Shown here in pieces: positions 1 through 9,368 of a DNA stretch of 33,301 nucleotides. Position 1 is the stretch's first letter; the number at the start of each line of letters is the position of its first letter. A program made the translations under genes and the position numbers. A model generated the notes under the pieces. That model did not search any database, was not told the DNA's origin, and worked only from the letters and a program-made list of their open reading frames with translations. This DNA comes from Sulfurovum sp. (GTDB taxonomy: Bacteria > Campylobacterota > Campylobacteria > Campylobacterales > Sulfurovaceae), in assembly GCA_026985755.1 (NCBI GenBank), contig JALSPX010000191.1, positions 1-33,301 of the forward strand, written 5' to 3'.

Positions 1-423
1 GGAGAGACGCATCGTATGCAAAGCAGCTCGTTTTATATGCACTATGACCCCTTTGAAGTCTTTGTGGCTACAGGCATACGTAACTTCAAGCCTGAACTCC
101 TCGCTAGCTATAGAGAGTATATTAAAGATGATGCTAAACGAGAAGAGCTACATCACATACTCGAAGCCCTCAAAGCCAAGGGCTATGAGATAGCCCAACC
201 AAAATATAAGAAATTTCCTAGAGGATTCGAAGCGTTCATTGACAAACCACATGCCTATCTAGCCAAGTTTGGTTCCATGTTTGCCTACAAAACATTTAAA
301 CCAGACAAAATATTTTTCTCAGACAAAATCATTGAGCGTAATTTTAAAGTCTATGAAGATATGTTTGACTTGCATCAATGGGTCTACGCGCTTACATCTG
401 TTTCAAATAGCCAAGCGTCTTAA
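1..423 (+). CDS. DUF2461-family conserved hypothetical protein, 3' part (5' end outside window)
   Basis: Frame 1 is open from base 1 (GETHRMQSS...) to TAA at 421-423. The C-terminal 'YKKFPRGF...HAYL' segment resembles DUF2461 proteins. Confidence 0.6.
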   Translation, partial: GETHRMQSSSFYMHYDPFEVFVATGIRNFKPELLASYREYIKDDAKREELHHILEALKAKGYEIAQPKYKKFPRGFEAFIDKPHAYLAKFGSMFAYKTFKPDKIFFSDKIIERNFKVYEDMFDLHQWVYALTSVSNSQAS

Positions 424-491
424 ACTCCACACCGTTTGCACATGCAAACGCTACTATAAAACTGTGACAATACCTAGAGTGTAGGAGGTAA

Positions 492-1694
492 GTGATGGGT
501 CACCATGTTGTGATACTTGGTGGGAGTTACGGAGGCATTGCAGCGATGCGACGACTAAGTAGACATCCAGAAATCCAAGTGACTTTGATTGACCAACATC
601 CTTACCACTACTTGCAAACAGAGGGCTACGAATTGATTTCGAGTAATACTTCCTTTGATGAAACCATCGTGAGCCTCCCTGCTCTGTGCGCAAATTATGA
701 AAACGTCACATTTAAACATCGTACGGTTCAAGCTATCGACCCCAAACAGAAAGTCATTCTTCTTACTGATGGCGAAGAGTCGTATGATGTGCTTATCATT
801 GCAGTGGGTAGCGTAACTAAACGTTTCGACTGTGATGAGAATGTATACCACTACTCCAGTGGAGCAAAAAGCCTTCGAGGTGCCGTCAAGCTTCAACAAT
901 TTTTTCAAAAAGAGCTCTATAAGCGTTTAGAATCTGAAAAAGAGGCAAACGAAAATTTCAATATTATTATAGGGGGTGCAGGACTCTCAGGTGTAGAAAT
1001 AGCTGCAGGCATGCAACATTTTTTTAACCGTTACTATAGAAGTAATGCACTTTCATGTGCTACCTTACATATACACCTGATTGCCAGTAGAGATACTGTG
1101 CTTAATGGCATGCATCCAACTATCATAAAAACAGCAAGCAAACGTCTTAAAAAATTACGTGTTATACTTCATACTCAATGTCGTATTGCTGCTTTAGCTG
1201 CACATGAAGCCATACTCACAAACGATACCCATATACCTTTTGATTTTATGATATTTGCAGGAGGAACCACCAGTGCCCCTTGCCTAGAAAATTTAGAAGT
1301 AGAAAAAAACAAAAAGGGGCAAATTATTGTTGATGCATATCTTCGATGTAAAACGTATTCCCATATCTATGTGATTGGTGATAGCGCTGCACTTTTGGAT
1401 AAGAAATCCAAAGCACTTCCTCCTACTGCACAAACTGCCATTCAAAGTGGAGAAGTTGCAGCTTCCAATATCATTCGTTCACTTAAACATAAAACACTGA
1501 AAAAAGCAGATATTAAAATAAAAGGGCTAGCTATTGCATTGGGAGGGAAGTATGCTGCTATAGATTTAGGTAAGATACGCTTTTCAGGTTATACTGCATA
1601 TCTTATCAAAAAGCTAATTGAACGACTCTATAAATGGCCTCTTTGGTGGCTTGTATCGAAAGGGTTTCGCAAGATTGAAGCATGTACTATCTAA
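492..1694 (+). CDS. FAD-dependent pyridine-nucleotide oxidoreductase, type II NADH dehydrogenase (NDH-2)-like
   Basis: Two Rossmann motifs (ILGGSYGG; IIGGAGLSGVE), YVIGD FAD motif and PPTAQTAIQSG. RBS AGGAGG at 483-488; start is GTG 492 or ATG 495. Confidence 0.85.
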   Translation: MMGHHVVILGGSYGGIAAMRRLSRHPEIQVTLIDQHPYHYLQTEGYELISSNTSFDETIVSLPALCANYENVTFKHRTVQAIDPKQKVILLTDGEESYDVLIIAVGSVTKRFDCDENVYHYSSGAKSLRGAVKLQQFFQKELYKRLESEKEANENFNIIIGGAGLSGVEIAAGMQHFFNRYYRSNALSCATLHIHLIASRDTVLNGMHPTIIKTASKRLKKLRVILHTQCRIAALAAHEAILTNDTHIPFDFMIFAGGTTSAPCLENLEVEKNKKGQIIVDAYLRCKTYSHIYVIGDSAALLDKKSKALPPTAQTAIQSGEVAASNIIRSLKHKTLKKADIKIKGLAIALGGKYAAIDLGKIRFSGYTAYLIKKLIERLYKWPLWWLVSKGFRKIEACTI

Positions 1695-1695
1695 T

Positions 1696-2253
1696 CTACA
1701 ATCTCTGTAGCTTTTTTAGCCCTTCTTTTACCAGTGTACTTGTGTCTCCACTTGCACCTTGTAGTGCTTTTTGTATAGCGTCTTTTTTAAAGCCCAGACT
1801 CTCCAGTGCCATGACTGCTTCTCCCAGTGCCCCAGAATCTTTACTCTCTTCATTGCCATCGACGATAAAATCTGCCAGTTCAACAAGTATACGACTCGCT
1901 GCCTTGGGGCCTATGCCTGGTACACGCTTAAGCATACTGACATCTTTTGAAGCCACTACTTTTGCAAAGGTACTTGGTGTAAAAGTAGAACAAATCGCAA
2001 GCCCTACTTTTGGACCTACACCGTTAATTTTAAGGACTGTATCAAACATCTTTTTTTCATTGGTATCCATAAATCCAAAAAGAAGATTGGTATCTTCTCG
2101 TATCACTTGTGTCACATAGAGTTTTACTTTTTGCTCTGAAATCGCATTAGAAGTATTGATAGAGATATGCACTTCATAGATGAGTCCATTGACGTTAAGA
2201 TGTACAAATGTGGGGTCTTTTCTCTCTACTGTGCCTTCTATGCCTACTATCAT
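1696..2253 (-). CDS. ruvA: Holliday junction branch migration protein RuvA
   Basis: N-terminal OB fold ([19 protein letters not shown]), HhH motifs INGVGPK and [13 protein letters not shown]-terminal ALESLGF domain. Confidence 0.97.
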   Translation of the reverse strand: MIVGIEGTVERKDPTFVHLNVNGLIYEVHISINTSNAISEQKVKLYVTQVIREDTNLLFGFMDTNEKKMFDTVLKINGVGPKVGLAICSTFTPSTFAKVVASKDVSMLKRVPGIGPKAASRILVELADFIVDGNEESKDSGALGEAVMALESLGFKKDAIQKALQGASGDTSTLVKEGLKKLQRL

Positions 2254-2388
2254 TATCTACTCCATTCATATTATTTTGAAAAGTATATCACGCTTTTAAA
2301 AATAGTAGCAAAAATATTGCAAATTGACATATTTTCTTTCTATATCAACTTTTAGATACAATACGTTCACTTCAAAAAAAAGAGACTT

Positions 2389-3798
2389 ATGCGTTTAAAA
2401 TCTATTTTTACTAACAGCTTTGGAATACTACTCTCAAGAATTACTGGATTAGTACGTGATATTCTTATGACCTCAGCACTTGGTGCATCTGTCTGGCTTG
2501 ATATGTTTATCGTAGCCTTTAAACTTCCCAATCTTTTTCGTCGTATTTTTGCAGAGGGAGCGTTTACACAAGCATTTATGCCATCCTTTGTCGCTTCTGC
2601 ACACAAGGGTGTCTTTGCAACAGCCATTTTTTTACGCTTTGTGCTTTTTCTTTTGGGTCTATCAATCATTATTACAATATTCCCAGAACCACTTACCAAG
2701 CTTATGGCATGGGGATGGGATAGTGATAAGATTAGTGATACAGGAGTACTTACAGCCATTAACTTTTGGTATTTAGATTTTATTTTCATTGTTTCATTTT
2801 TGGCTGCACTCTTACAATACAAAAACCACTTTGCAACCACAGCACTCTCTACCATATTACTTAATATTAGCATGATTGCTGCTTTACTGTTCTATATAAA
2901 ATCCGATCCAAAAACTGTCGCATACGCACTAAGTTTTTCTGTGGTTATAGGAGGTCTCTTGCAGGTCATTGCACATATAGTGACAATAAAAAAACTCTCC
3001 CTACACAAGATACTCATAGGTGGATGGAGATACAAAAAAGTCAAAAATATAGAGGAAGAAAAGAAAAAATTTAATAGACTTTTTTTCCCTAGTATATTAG
3101 GAAATTCTGCACCACAACTTGCCGCACTCTTAGATACATTTTTAGCGACATTCTTAGTGACAGGTTCTGTCTCAGCCCTCTTTTTTGCCAATCGAATATT
3201 CCAATTGCCTCTAGCCCTCATCGCTATTGCTACGGCTACTGTACTCTTCCCTGCTGTGTCAAAAGCACTCAAGCACAATAATCAAGCCCTAGCCTATGAA
3301 AATCTCAGTAAAGCCTTTTGGCTACTCACATTTTTATTGGGTGCAGCCATGATAGGTGGCTATTTTTTAGCCGAACCTATCATTTGGCTCATCTTTGAAC
3401 ATGGAAATTATACAATGCAGATGAGTCAAAATACTGCTCGGGTACTACAGATGTATATGGTAGGCTTACTTCCTTTTGGATTGGCAAAACTTTTTTCTAT
3501 GTATCTTTTTGCCTCTCACAAGCATGGTAAGGCTGCAAAAATTGTCATCTATCAGCTTATCATCTCATCTATTTTTTCACTGATACTCATGAAACCTATG
3601 GGTGCGATGGGACTAGCATTAGCTGGTAGTATTGGGGGATGGGTTCTATTGATACTTACGATAAGAGAAGTGGGGTTTGATATATTTAAAGAGATAATTA
3701 AATCTAAAAAATCACTTTTATTTGTTTTATCTATGGTCATTTTTGGAATGATATTTTATAGTATCAATAGCTATCTTGTTATATGGATACGTACATAA
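2389..3798 (+). CDS. murJ: Lipid II flippase MurJ (MviN)
   Basis: SRITGLVRD, AFKLPNLFRRIFAEGAF and ANRIFQLP motifs; polytopic membrane protein. Confidence 0.95.
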   Translation: MRLKSIFTNSFGILLSRITGLVRDILMTSALGASVWLDMFIVAFKLPNLFRRIFAEGAFTQAFMPSFVASAHKGVFATAIFLRFVLFLLGLSIIITIFPEPLTKLMAWGWDSDKISDTGVLTAINFWYLDFIFIVSFLAALLQYKNHFATTALSTILLNISMIAALLFYIKSDPKTVAYALSFSVVIGGLLQVIAHIVTIKKLSLHKILIGGWRYKKVKNIEEEKKKFNRLFFPSILGNSAPQLAALLDTFLATFLVTGSVSALFFANRIFQLPLALIAIATATVLFPAVSKALKHNNQALAYENLSKAFWLLTFLLGAAMIGGYFLAEPIIWLIFEHGNYTMQMSQNTARVLQMYMVGLLPFGLAKLFSMYLFASHKHGKAAKIVIYQLIISSIFSLILMKPMGAMGLALAGSIGGWVLLILTIREVGFDIFKEIIKSKKSLLFVLSMVIFGMIFYSINSYLVIWIRT

Positions 3799-3801
3799 TG
3801 A

Positions 3802-4323
3802 TTATCTACTACGGTCAATATGCTCTGAGAAATTAGAACTTTCTAAAAATATAGGATGATCTATATATTCACTGCCGTGATATTTTGCATAGATTTCACT
3901 TATCTCTTTTATTTTTTCTGCGTCAGGAATTTTTCTACCTGCTACGAAACCTACAATTTTACCATTCTCATCTAGTTTTGCTTGAATAAAGACAAGCACC
4001 CAATAGTATTTTCCATCTTTTCGTAAATTTTTTACATAACCATGCCATATTTTTTTTTGGGAAATAATCTTCCACATGCCTCTAAAAGCACCTTTTGGCA
4101 TATCTGGATGACGGTTAATACTATGTGGTGCACCTATTAATTCCTCCCTAGAAAAACCTGTCATTTCTCTAAATTTTCGATTGGCATACGTAATAATACC
4201 TTTAGTATCTGTCTCAGTAATCATCACTCCACCATCAAAAATAACCTCTTCATCTACAGGCTGGCTTTTAAATATTTGCTCTTTCGTTATGGTGTTTTCT
4301 ACAATCAATGCATTTTCCATCAT
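3802..4323 (-). CDS. Stand-alone Aer/CetB-type PAS sensor protein
   Basis: TDTKGIITYAN...ELIGAPHSINRHPDMP...W.GYVKNLRKDGKYYWV is the Aer-type PAS signature, with no output domain. Start moved to ATG 4323, which follows GGAG (ORF track start 4347). Confidence 0.85.
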   Translation of the reverse strand: MMENALIVENTITKEQIFKSQPVDEEVIFDGGVMITETDTKGIITYANRKFREMTGFSREELIGAPHSINRHPDMPKGAFRGMWKIISQKKIWHGYVKNLRKDGKYYWVLVFIQAKLDENGKIVGFVAGRKIPDAEKIKEISEIYAKYHGSEYIDHPIFLESSNFSEHIDRSR

Positions 4324-4417
4324 TTCTCCCGAGACACTACAGTGCATCTAATATATAAAAATTATATCCAAAAAAAGTCAAACGATAAGATTAGAGGTGT
4401 CCTAAATAGATTTTAGC

Positions 4418-4423
4418 TATAAT
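4418..4423 (+). promoter_or_regulatory. Putative sigma70 -10 box for cysS-msbA
   Basis: gcTATAAT about 40 nt upstream of the cysS ATG, in an AT-rich divergent intergenic region. Confidence 0.55.
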
Positions 4424-4460
4424 CTCATCTATAATAATTTAGATAAAGGTACTCCTAGCC

Positions 4461-5861
4461 ATGCAAATTTATGACAGTGTACAAAAAAAGAAACTCACCT
4501 TTTCACCTATAGTCCCAAACAAAGCAAGTATTTATATCTGCGGCCCTACTGTATATGATGATGCCCACTTAGGTCATGCACGATCCAGTCTAGCATTTGA
4601 TTTACTCTCTCGTACACTCACATCACATGGATATGAAGTAACTTTATGTAAAAATTTTACGGATATAGATGATAAAATCATCAAAAAAGTAGAAGAGACA
4701 GGTAAAAGTATGGAAGAGATAACCTCTTTTTATATTGACCGATATCTTTCAGAAATGACAGCACTTGGTATTCAAAGAGCCAATATAGAGCCTAAAGCTA
4801 CAGAGTCATTGGATGCCATCGAAGCGATGATACAAAAACTCATAGACAAAGATATTGCTTATGTCATCTCCACAGGGGATGTCTATTTTGATACCTCAAA
4901 AGACACGCACTATGGAAATATCTCACACCGTGTAGCAGACGATGAAGATAGTCAAAGCCGTGTAGAACATACTACCGAAAAACGAAACCCCAAAGATTTT
5001 GCTTTGTGGAAAGCCTGTAAAGGAGAAGATGATATCTGTTTTGATACTCACTTCTCTCGTGGTCGTCCCGGCTGGCACATAGAGTGTTCTGCCATGATAG
5101 AGAAACATTTTACAGGCAATGGTGAATACAGTATAGACATTCATGGAGGAGGTGCAGATCTGCTCTTCCCTCATCATGAAAATGAAGCGGCACAGTCTCG
5201 CTGTGCCACAGGACACGAACTTGCCAAGTACTGGATGCATAACGGCTTTGTACAGATAGATGGAGAGAAGATGTCTAAAAGTCTAGGCAATAGTTTTTTT
5301 CTCAAGGATGCTCTCAAACTTTATGATGGAGAAATATTACGTTATTATCTAAACTCTATACACTATAGAAATGACTTCAACTTCTCTGAAGAGGAATTAC
5401 AACTCAATAAAAAAAGATTGGACAAACTCTATAGACTAAAGAAACGCCTCATGCCAGGTAAAGCCTCCCTTCCTAATAAAACATTTAAAAAGCTACTGCT
5501 TGATGATATGGCTGATGATCTTAATATCTCTATGGCACTCGCACATATAGATGAAATGATAGCCACAGCTAATGATACTTTGGACAATAATCCAAAGGAC
5601 AAAGGATTTAAAAAAGAGACTTTGGCTAATATAGAATTTATAGATGAGATACTTGGATTTGGAGGTAAAGAACCATTTTCTTATTTTCAAATAGGTGTAG
5701 ATGATGCACTCAAAGAAAAAGTAGAGACGCTCATTGAAGCACGCCTGGAAGCCAAAAAAAATAGAGACTTTTCTCGTTCAGATGCCATACGTGAGGAGCT
5801 TACTGCCCTTGGTATTTCTATTATGGATACTCCTGATGGCACACTTTGGGAAAAATCTTAA
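4461..5861 (+). CDS. cysS: Cysteine--tRNA ligase
   Basis: CGPTVYDDAHLGHAR (HIGH), GRPGWHIECSAM, DIHGGGADLLFPHHENE and KMSKS motifs. Confidence 0.99.
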   Translation: MQIYDSVQKKKLTFSPIVPNKASIYICGPTVYDDAHLGHARSSLAFDLLSRTLTSHGYEVTLCKNFTDIDDKIIKKVEETGKSMEEITSFYIDRYLSEMTALGIQRANIEPKATESLDAIEAMIQKLIDKDIAYVISTGDVYFDTSKDTHYGNISHRVADDEDSQSRVEHTTEKRNPKDFALWKACKGEDDICFDTHFSRGRPGWHIECSAMIEKHFTGNGEYSIDIHGGGADLLFPHHENEAAQSRCATGHELAKYWMHNGFVQIDGEKMSKSLGNSFFLKDALKLYDGEILRYYLNSIHYRNDFNFSEEELQLNKKRLDKLYRLKKRLMPGKASLPNKTFKKLLLDDMADDLNISMALAHIDEMIATANDTLDNNPKDKGFKKETLANIEFIDEILGFGGKEPFSYFQIGVDDALKEKVETLIEARLEAKKNRDFSRSDAIREELTALGISIMDTPDGTLWEKS

Positions 5862-7565
5862 ATGAAAAATCTCCTCAAGCAATACCTTCCCTATTTAATA
5901 GGCTATAAAAAAGAATTTTTTTGGGCTCTATTAGGTATGGTTGCTGTAGCCATAGGTACTGCAGGCACAGCACAGCTCATAAAACCCATACTTGATGACG
6001 TTTTCATCAACAAAGATATAGAGATGCTTTCTCTTATGCCCTTTATGCTTGTAGCTGTCTTTGCGCTAAAAGGTATAGGCGGATACATACAAACATATTA
6101 TACTTCTTATATCGGACAAGATGTTGTACGAAAACTACGTGACAAACTTGTCTCGCATCTTAGCTACTTAGATATAGATTTTTTTAAAAAAATGCACACA
6201 GGAGAGATACTCTCACGCATCACCAATGACATCACTCGTATTCAAGTCGTTGTTGCCAATATTATACCTGATCTCATCAGAGAAAGTCTCACTATTATTG
6301 CACTTACTGGCTATGTTATTTATGAGAGTCCTAAGCTTGCATTTTACTTTCTTATTATTATGCCTTTGGCTATTTTCCCTCTTAGTAGACTTGCTAAAAA
6401 AATGCGTAAATATTCCAAGTTATCACAAGAAAGTACTGCAGATATGACAACGAGACTAGGAGAGATACTCTCAAATATTGAAGTCATTAAATCAAATTCT
6501 ACGCAAACCTATGAACAAAAACGTTTCTCTATAGAGAATCAAAATGTCTTCAAATTTATCATGAAACAGATAAAAACAAATGCACTTATCTCTCCTATCA
6601 TGGAGATATTGGGAGCAGTTGCCATAGGTATTGTTATTTATATAGGTGGCAAAGAGGTCATTGATAACCATATGAGTGTCGGTGCATTTTTTGCTTTCGC
6701 CACTGCACTTTTTATGCTCTATACACCTATTAAGAGACTCTCAAATCTCTATAACAAAGCACAAGATGCCATTAGTGCCAATACACGGATGAAAGAACTT
6801 TTAGATACACAATCTCTTATTCAATCTGGTGAGCATACACTTAAAGAAACTATCACAAGTATCAAATTTAATGATGTCTCTTTATCTTATGAACATACGC
6901 CTGCACTCAGAAATATCTCATTTTCTGCCACAAAAGGACAATCTATAGCTCTTGTTGGAGACAGTGGGGCAGGAAAAAGTTCATTGGTCAACTTATTAGT
7001 ACGTTTTTACGATCCATCTTCAGGAGATATCCTCATAAATAATAGACCAAATCAAGACTTTACGCTTCATTCTCTTCATAAAAAAATTGCCTATGTAACA
7101 CAACGCGTGTATATTTTTAATGACACTATCGCCTCCAATGTTGCATATGGAGAAGCCATCGATGAATCTCGGGTAAAACTTGCTCTTCAAAAGGCATATG
7201 CCATGGAGTTTGTAGATAAATTAGAAAATGGAATCCATACACTCTTATCAGAAAATGGTAACAACTTGTCTGGAGGACAAAGACAACGTATTGCCTTGGC
7301 ACGTGCACTCTATAAAAACCCTGATGTGCTTATACTTGATGAAGCGACATCAGCACTGGATAACACAAGTGAAACACTCATTCAAAAAGCACTTCAGGCA
7401 TTAAAAAATGATATGATTACTTTTACAGTGGCACACAGATTAAGTACTATCAATGAAGCAGATGTCATACTTGTTTTTGAAAATGGTGAAATTATATGTA
7501 GAGGTACCCATAGTGAATTACTCAAACAATGCCATGTTTATCAAAAGCTTTCAAAAATAATATAG
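5862..7565 (+). CDS. msbA: MsbA-like ABC exporter (fused permease/ATPase), probable lipid A flippase
   Basis: N-terminal transmembrane domain, Walker A GDSGAGKS, LSGGQRQR signature, ILDEATSALD. Sits between cysS and pyrD as in Campylobacter. Confidence 0.85.
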   Translation: MKNLLKQYLPYLIGYKKEFFWALLGMVAVAIGTAGTAQLIKPILDDVFINKDIEMLSLMPFMLVAVFALKGIGGYIQTYYTSYIGQDVVRKLRDKLVSHLSYLDIDFFKKMHTGEILSRITNDITRIQVVVANIIPDLIRESLTIIALTGYVIYESPKLAFYFLIIMPLAIFPLSRLAKKMRKYSKLSQESTADMTTRLGEILSNIEVIKSNSTQTYEQKRFSIENQNVFKFIMKQIKTNALISPIMEILGAVAIGIVIYIGGKEVIDNHMSVGAFFAFATALFMLYTPIKRLSNLYNKAQDAISANTRMKELLDTQSLIQSGEHTLKETITSIKFNDVSLSYEHTPALRNISFSATKGQSIALVGDSGAGKSSLVNLLVRFYDPSSGDILINNRPNQDFTLHSLHKKIAYVTQRVYIFNDTIASNVAYGEAIDESRVKLALQKAYAMEFVDKLENGIHTLLSENGNNLSGGQRQRIALARALYKNPDVLILDEATSALDNTSETLIQKALQALKNDMITFTVAHRLSTINEADVILVFENGEIICRGTHSELLKQCHVYQKLSKII

Positions 7566-7633
7566 GTAAGAGTTTCTTAACACAAATGTGGATACTATAC
7601 TACTTAATTAATTATAAATTACGGAGAAATCAT

Positions 7634-8137
7634 ATGTCAAGAGTTTTTATTCTCTTTTTACTCACTTTTAGTTTACTATTTAGTCAGGAGACTGAAGAGT
7701 TTCCATTTATTGGTGTCACTGTCTCGTACGATTCATCAGATATATTAACAACTACCAACAAGGTCAACACAATAGATAATACCAATATTGGTATACGCTA
7801 CGGACAGCAGACTGTTGATTGGCGTTCTATGCTAACATATAGTCGTTCAAGTGGTCAAAAATTTCTCACAGCAGAAATAGACAGAATTCTCTTAGATGAA
7901 CTTTTTGGTACTTCTTATGTAAGACCATACTTAGGATTAGTAGCAGGGATTGTTAAATTCGATGAGATAACACTCCTTGATAATAGTCTTTACTTTTATG
8001 GATTCAATGGTGGTCTTATTATCTATACGACAGATAATATAGATGCAGATATCTCTTACCACTATTATGAAACATTCGATGATACAGAAGTAGCCAATAT
8101 GCAGGGTGCAACACTCTCTTTCCACTACTTTTATTAG
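7634..8137 (+). CDS. Small outer-membrane beta-barrel protein
   Basis: ATG 7634 follows GGAG; signal peptide MSRVFILFLLTFSLLFS; amphipathic strands (RPYLGLVAG, YGFNGGLI); C-terminal aromatic beta-signal FHYFY. Confidence 0.7.
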   Translation: MSRVFILFLLTFSLLFSQETEEFPFIGVTVSYDSSDILTTTNKVNTIDNTNIGIRYGQQTVDWRSMLTYSRSSGQKFLTAEIDRILLDELFGTSYVRPYLGLVAGIVKFDEITLLDNSLYFYGFNGGLIIYTTDNIDADISYHYYETFDDTEVANMQGATLSFHYFY

Positions 8138-8147
8138 AAGTTGGCTA

Positions 8148-8263
8148 TAAATTCATTTCAAGCAAAGCTTCTTGGGCTACGCTGATGCTAAGTCATGCCT
8201 AATCAAGGTATAGACTGTGATAACTTCAGCACTTGCCCTTTGCGACTAGTCGCTCTAAATTCA
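8148..8263. repeat. Structured intergenic element (long imperfect hairpin plus 12-bp palindrome) flanked by TAAATTCA direct repeats
   Basis: Nested pairings GGGC/GCCC, GCTGA/TCAGC, AGTC/GACT and ATGCCT/AGGTAT; GCGACTAGTCGC palindrome at 8242-8253; TAAATTCA at 8148-8155 and 8256-8263. Confidence 0.5.
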
Positions 8264-8282
8264 CAATCTGTTGGAGAGTATA

Positions 8283-9368
8283 GTGTCCCTTTCTATTAAA
8301 AATATTTTTGCTTACCAAACCCTCAAAGAACTCCTCTTTAAACTTGACCCAGAAACTGCACATACTTTAGCAGGTTTCGGACTTCGTTTTTCTGCTCTGT
8401 GCCCGCCTCTTCACACATGTTTGACTCGTCACTATTTTGTGACACATCCTAGTTTGAAACAAAGCATTTTTGGGAGAACATTTCAAAACCCTGTAGGCTT
8501 AGGTGCAGGTTTTGATAAAAATGGACAGTACATCAAAGCCATGCCAACACTGGGTATGGGCTTTACAGAGATAGGTACAGTCACACCAAAACCACAAGAT
8601 GGCAATCCAAAACCAAGACTCTTTAGACTTGTCGATGCACAGTCTATACAAAATGCGATGGGCTTTAACAACAAGGGTGCATACTACATGCTCCAACGTC
8701 TTAAGAAAGTTACTTTTTTTGACTACCCTATCGGTATCAACATAGGCAAAAACAAAGTAACACCTGAGAACGAAGCTTTGGAAGATTATGAAAAGCTCTT
8801 TAAAGCATTTAAAGAGTATGGTGACTATGTGGTCATTAACATCTCATCACCTAACACCCCAGGGCTAAGAGACTTACAAAATGAGAGTTTTATCAAAGCT
8901 ATCTTTGCCATGGGTAAAGTCATCACTAGCAAACCTATCTTACTAAAAATCGCACCTGATATGACACCTGAAGATGCCATACTGCTTTGCAACACAGCAG
9001 TTGAAGCAGGTGCGGATGGTATCATCGCCACCAATACAACAATTGATTACTCTCTTACAGACAGCCCATATAAAAAAGATTTTGGTGGGCTCAGCGGTGC
9101 AGTACTGACAGAAAAATCCTACCAACTTTTCCGTGCCATAGGAAAAGAACTCTATGGGAAAACCCTGCTCATCTCTGTAGGTGGCATAGACTCGGCAGAA
9201 GAAGCCTATAGACGCATCAAAGCAGGTGCCTCTTTGGTACAAGTCTACTCTATGCTGGTCTATAAAGGGCCTCTACTCATCAAAGAGATCAATGAAGGAC
9301 TTATCACGCTGTTAAAGAAAGATGGGTACACTCATATCAGCGAAGCTATTGGAGCGGATTGGAAATGA
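8283..9368 (+). CDS. pyrD: Quinone-dependent dihydroorotate dehydrogenase (class 2)
   Basis: NPVGLGAGFDKNG, GTVTPKPQDGNPKPRLFRL, NISSPNTPGLR, GGLSG motifs. Start probably GTG 8283 after GGAG (track uses TTG 8271). Confidence 0.97.
   Translation: MSLSIKNIFAYQTLKELLFKLDPETAHTLAGFGLRFSALCPPLHTCLTRHYFVTHPSLKQSIFGRTFQNPVGLGAGFDKNGQYIKAMPTLGMGFTEIGTVTPKPQDGNPKPRLFRLVDAQSIQNAMGFNNKGAYYMLQRLKKVTFFDYPIGINIGKNKVTPENEALEDYEKLFKAFKEYGDYVVINISSPNTPGLRDLQNESFIKAIFAMGKVITSKPILLKIAPDMTPEDAILLCNTAVEAGADGIIATNTTIDYSLTDSPYKKDFGGLSGAVLTEKSYQLFRAIGKELYGKTLLISVGGIDSAEEAYRRIKAGASLVQVYSMLVYKGPLLIKEINEGLITLLKKDGYTHISEAIGADWK

Noticed and set aside
7529-7633. N-terminal extension of the OMP ORF in the track
   Set aside because: Overlaps msbA; ATG 7634 has an RBS and gives a clean signal peptide.
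8140-8275. Element as SRP RNA, 6S RNA, tRNA or integron attC
   Set aside because: No SRP GNRA domain-IV motif, too short for 6S, no cloverleaf, no proper RYYYAAC/GTTRRRY pair, and no integrase in the window.
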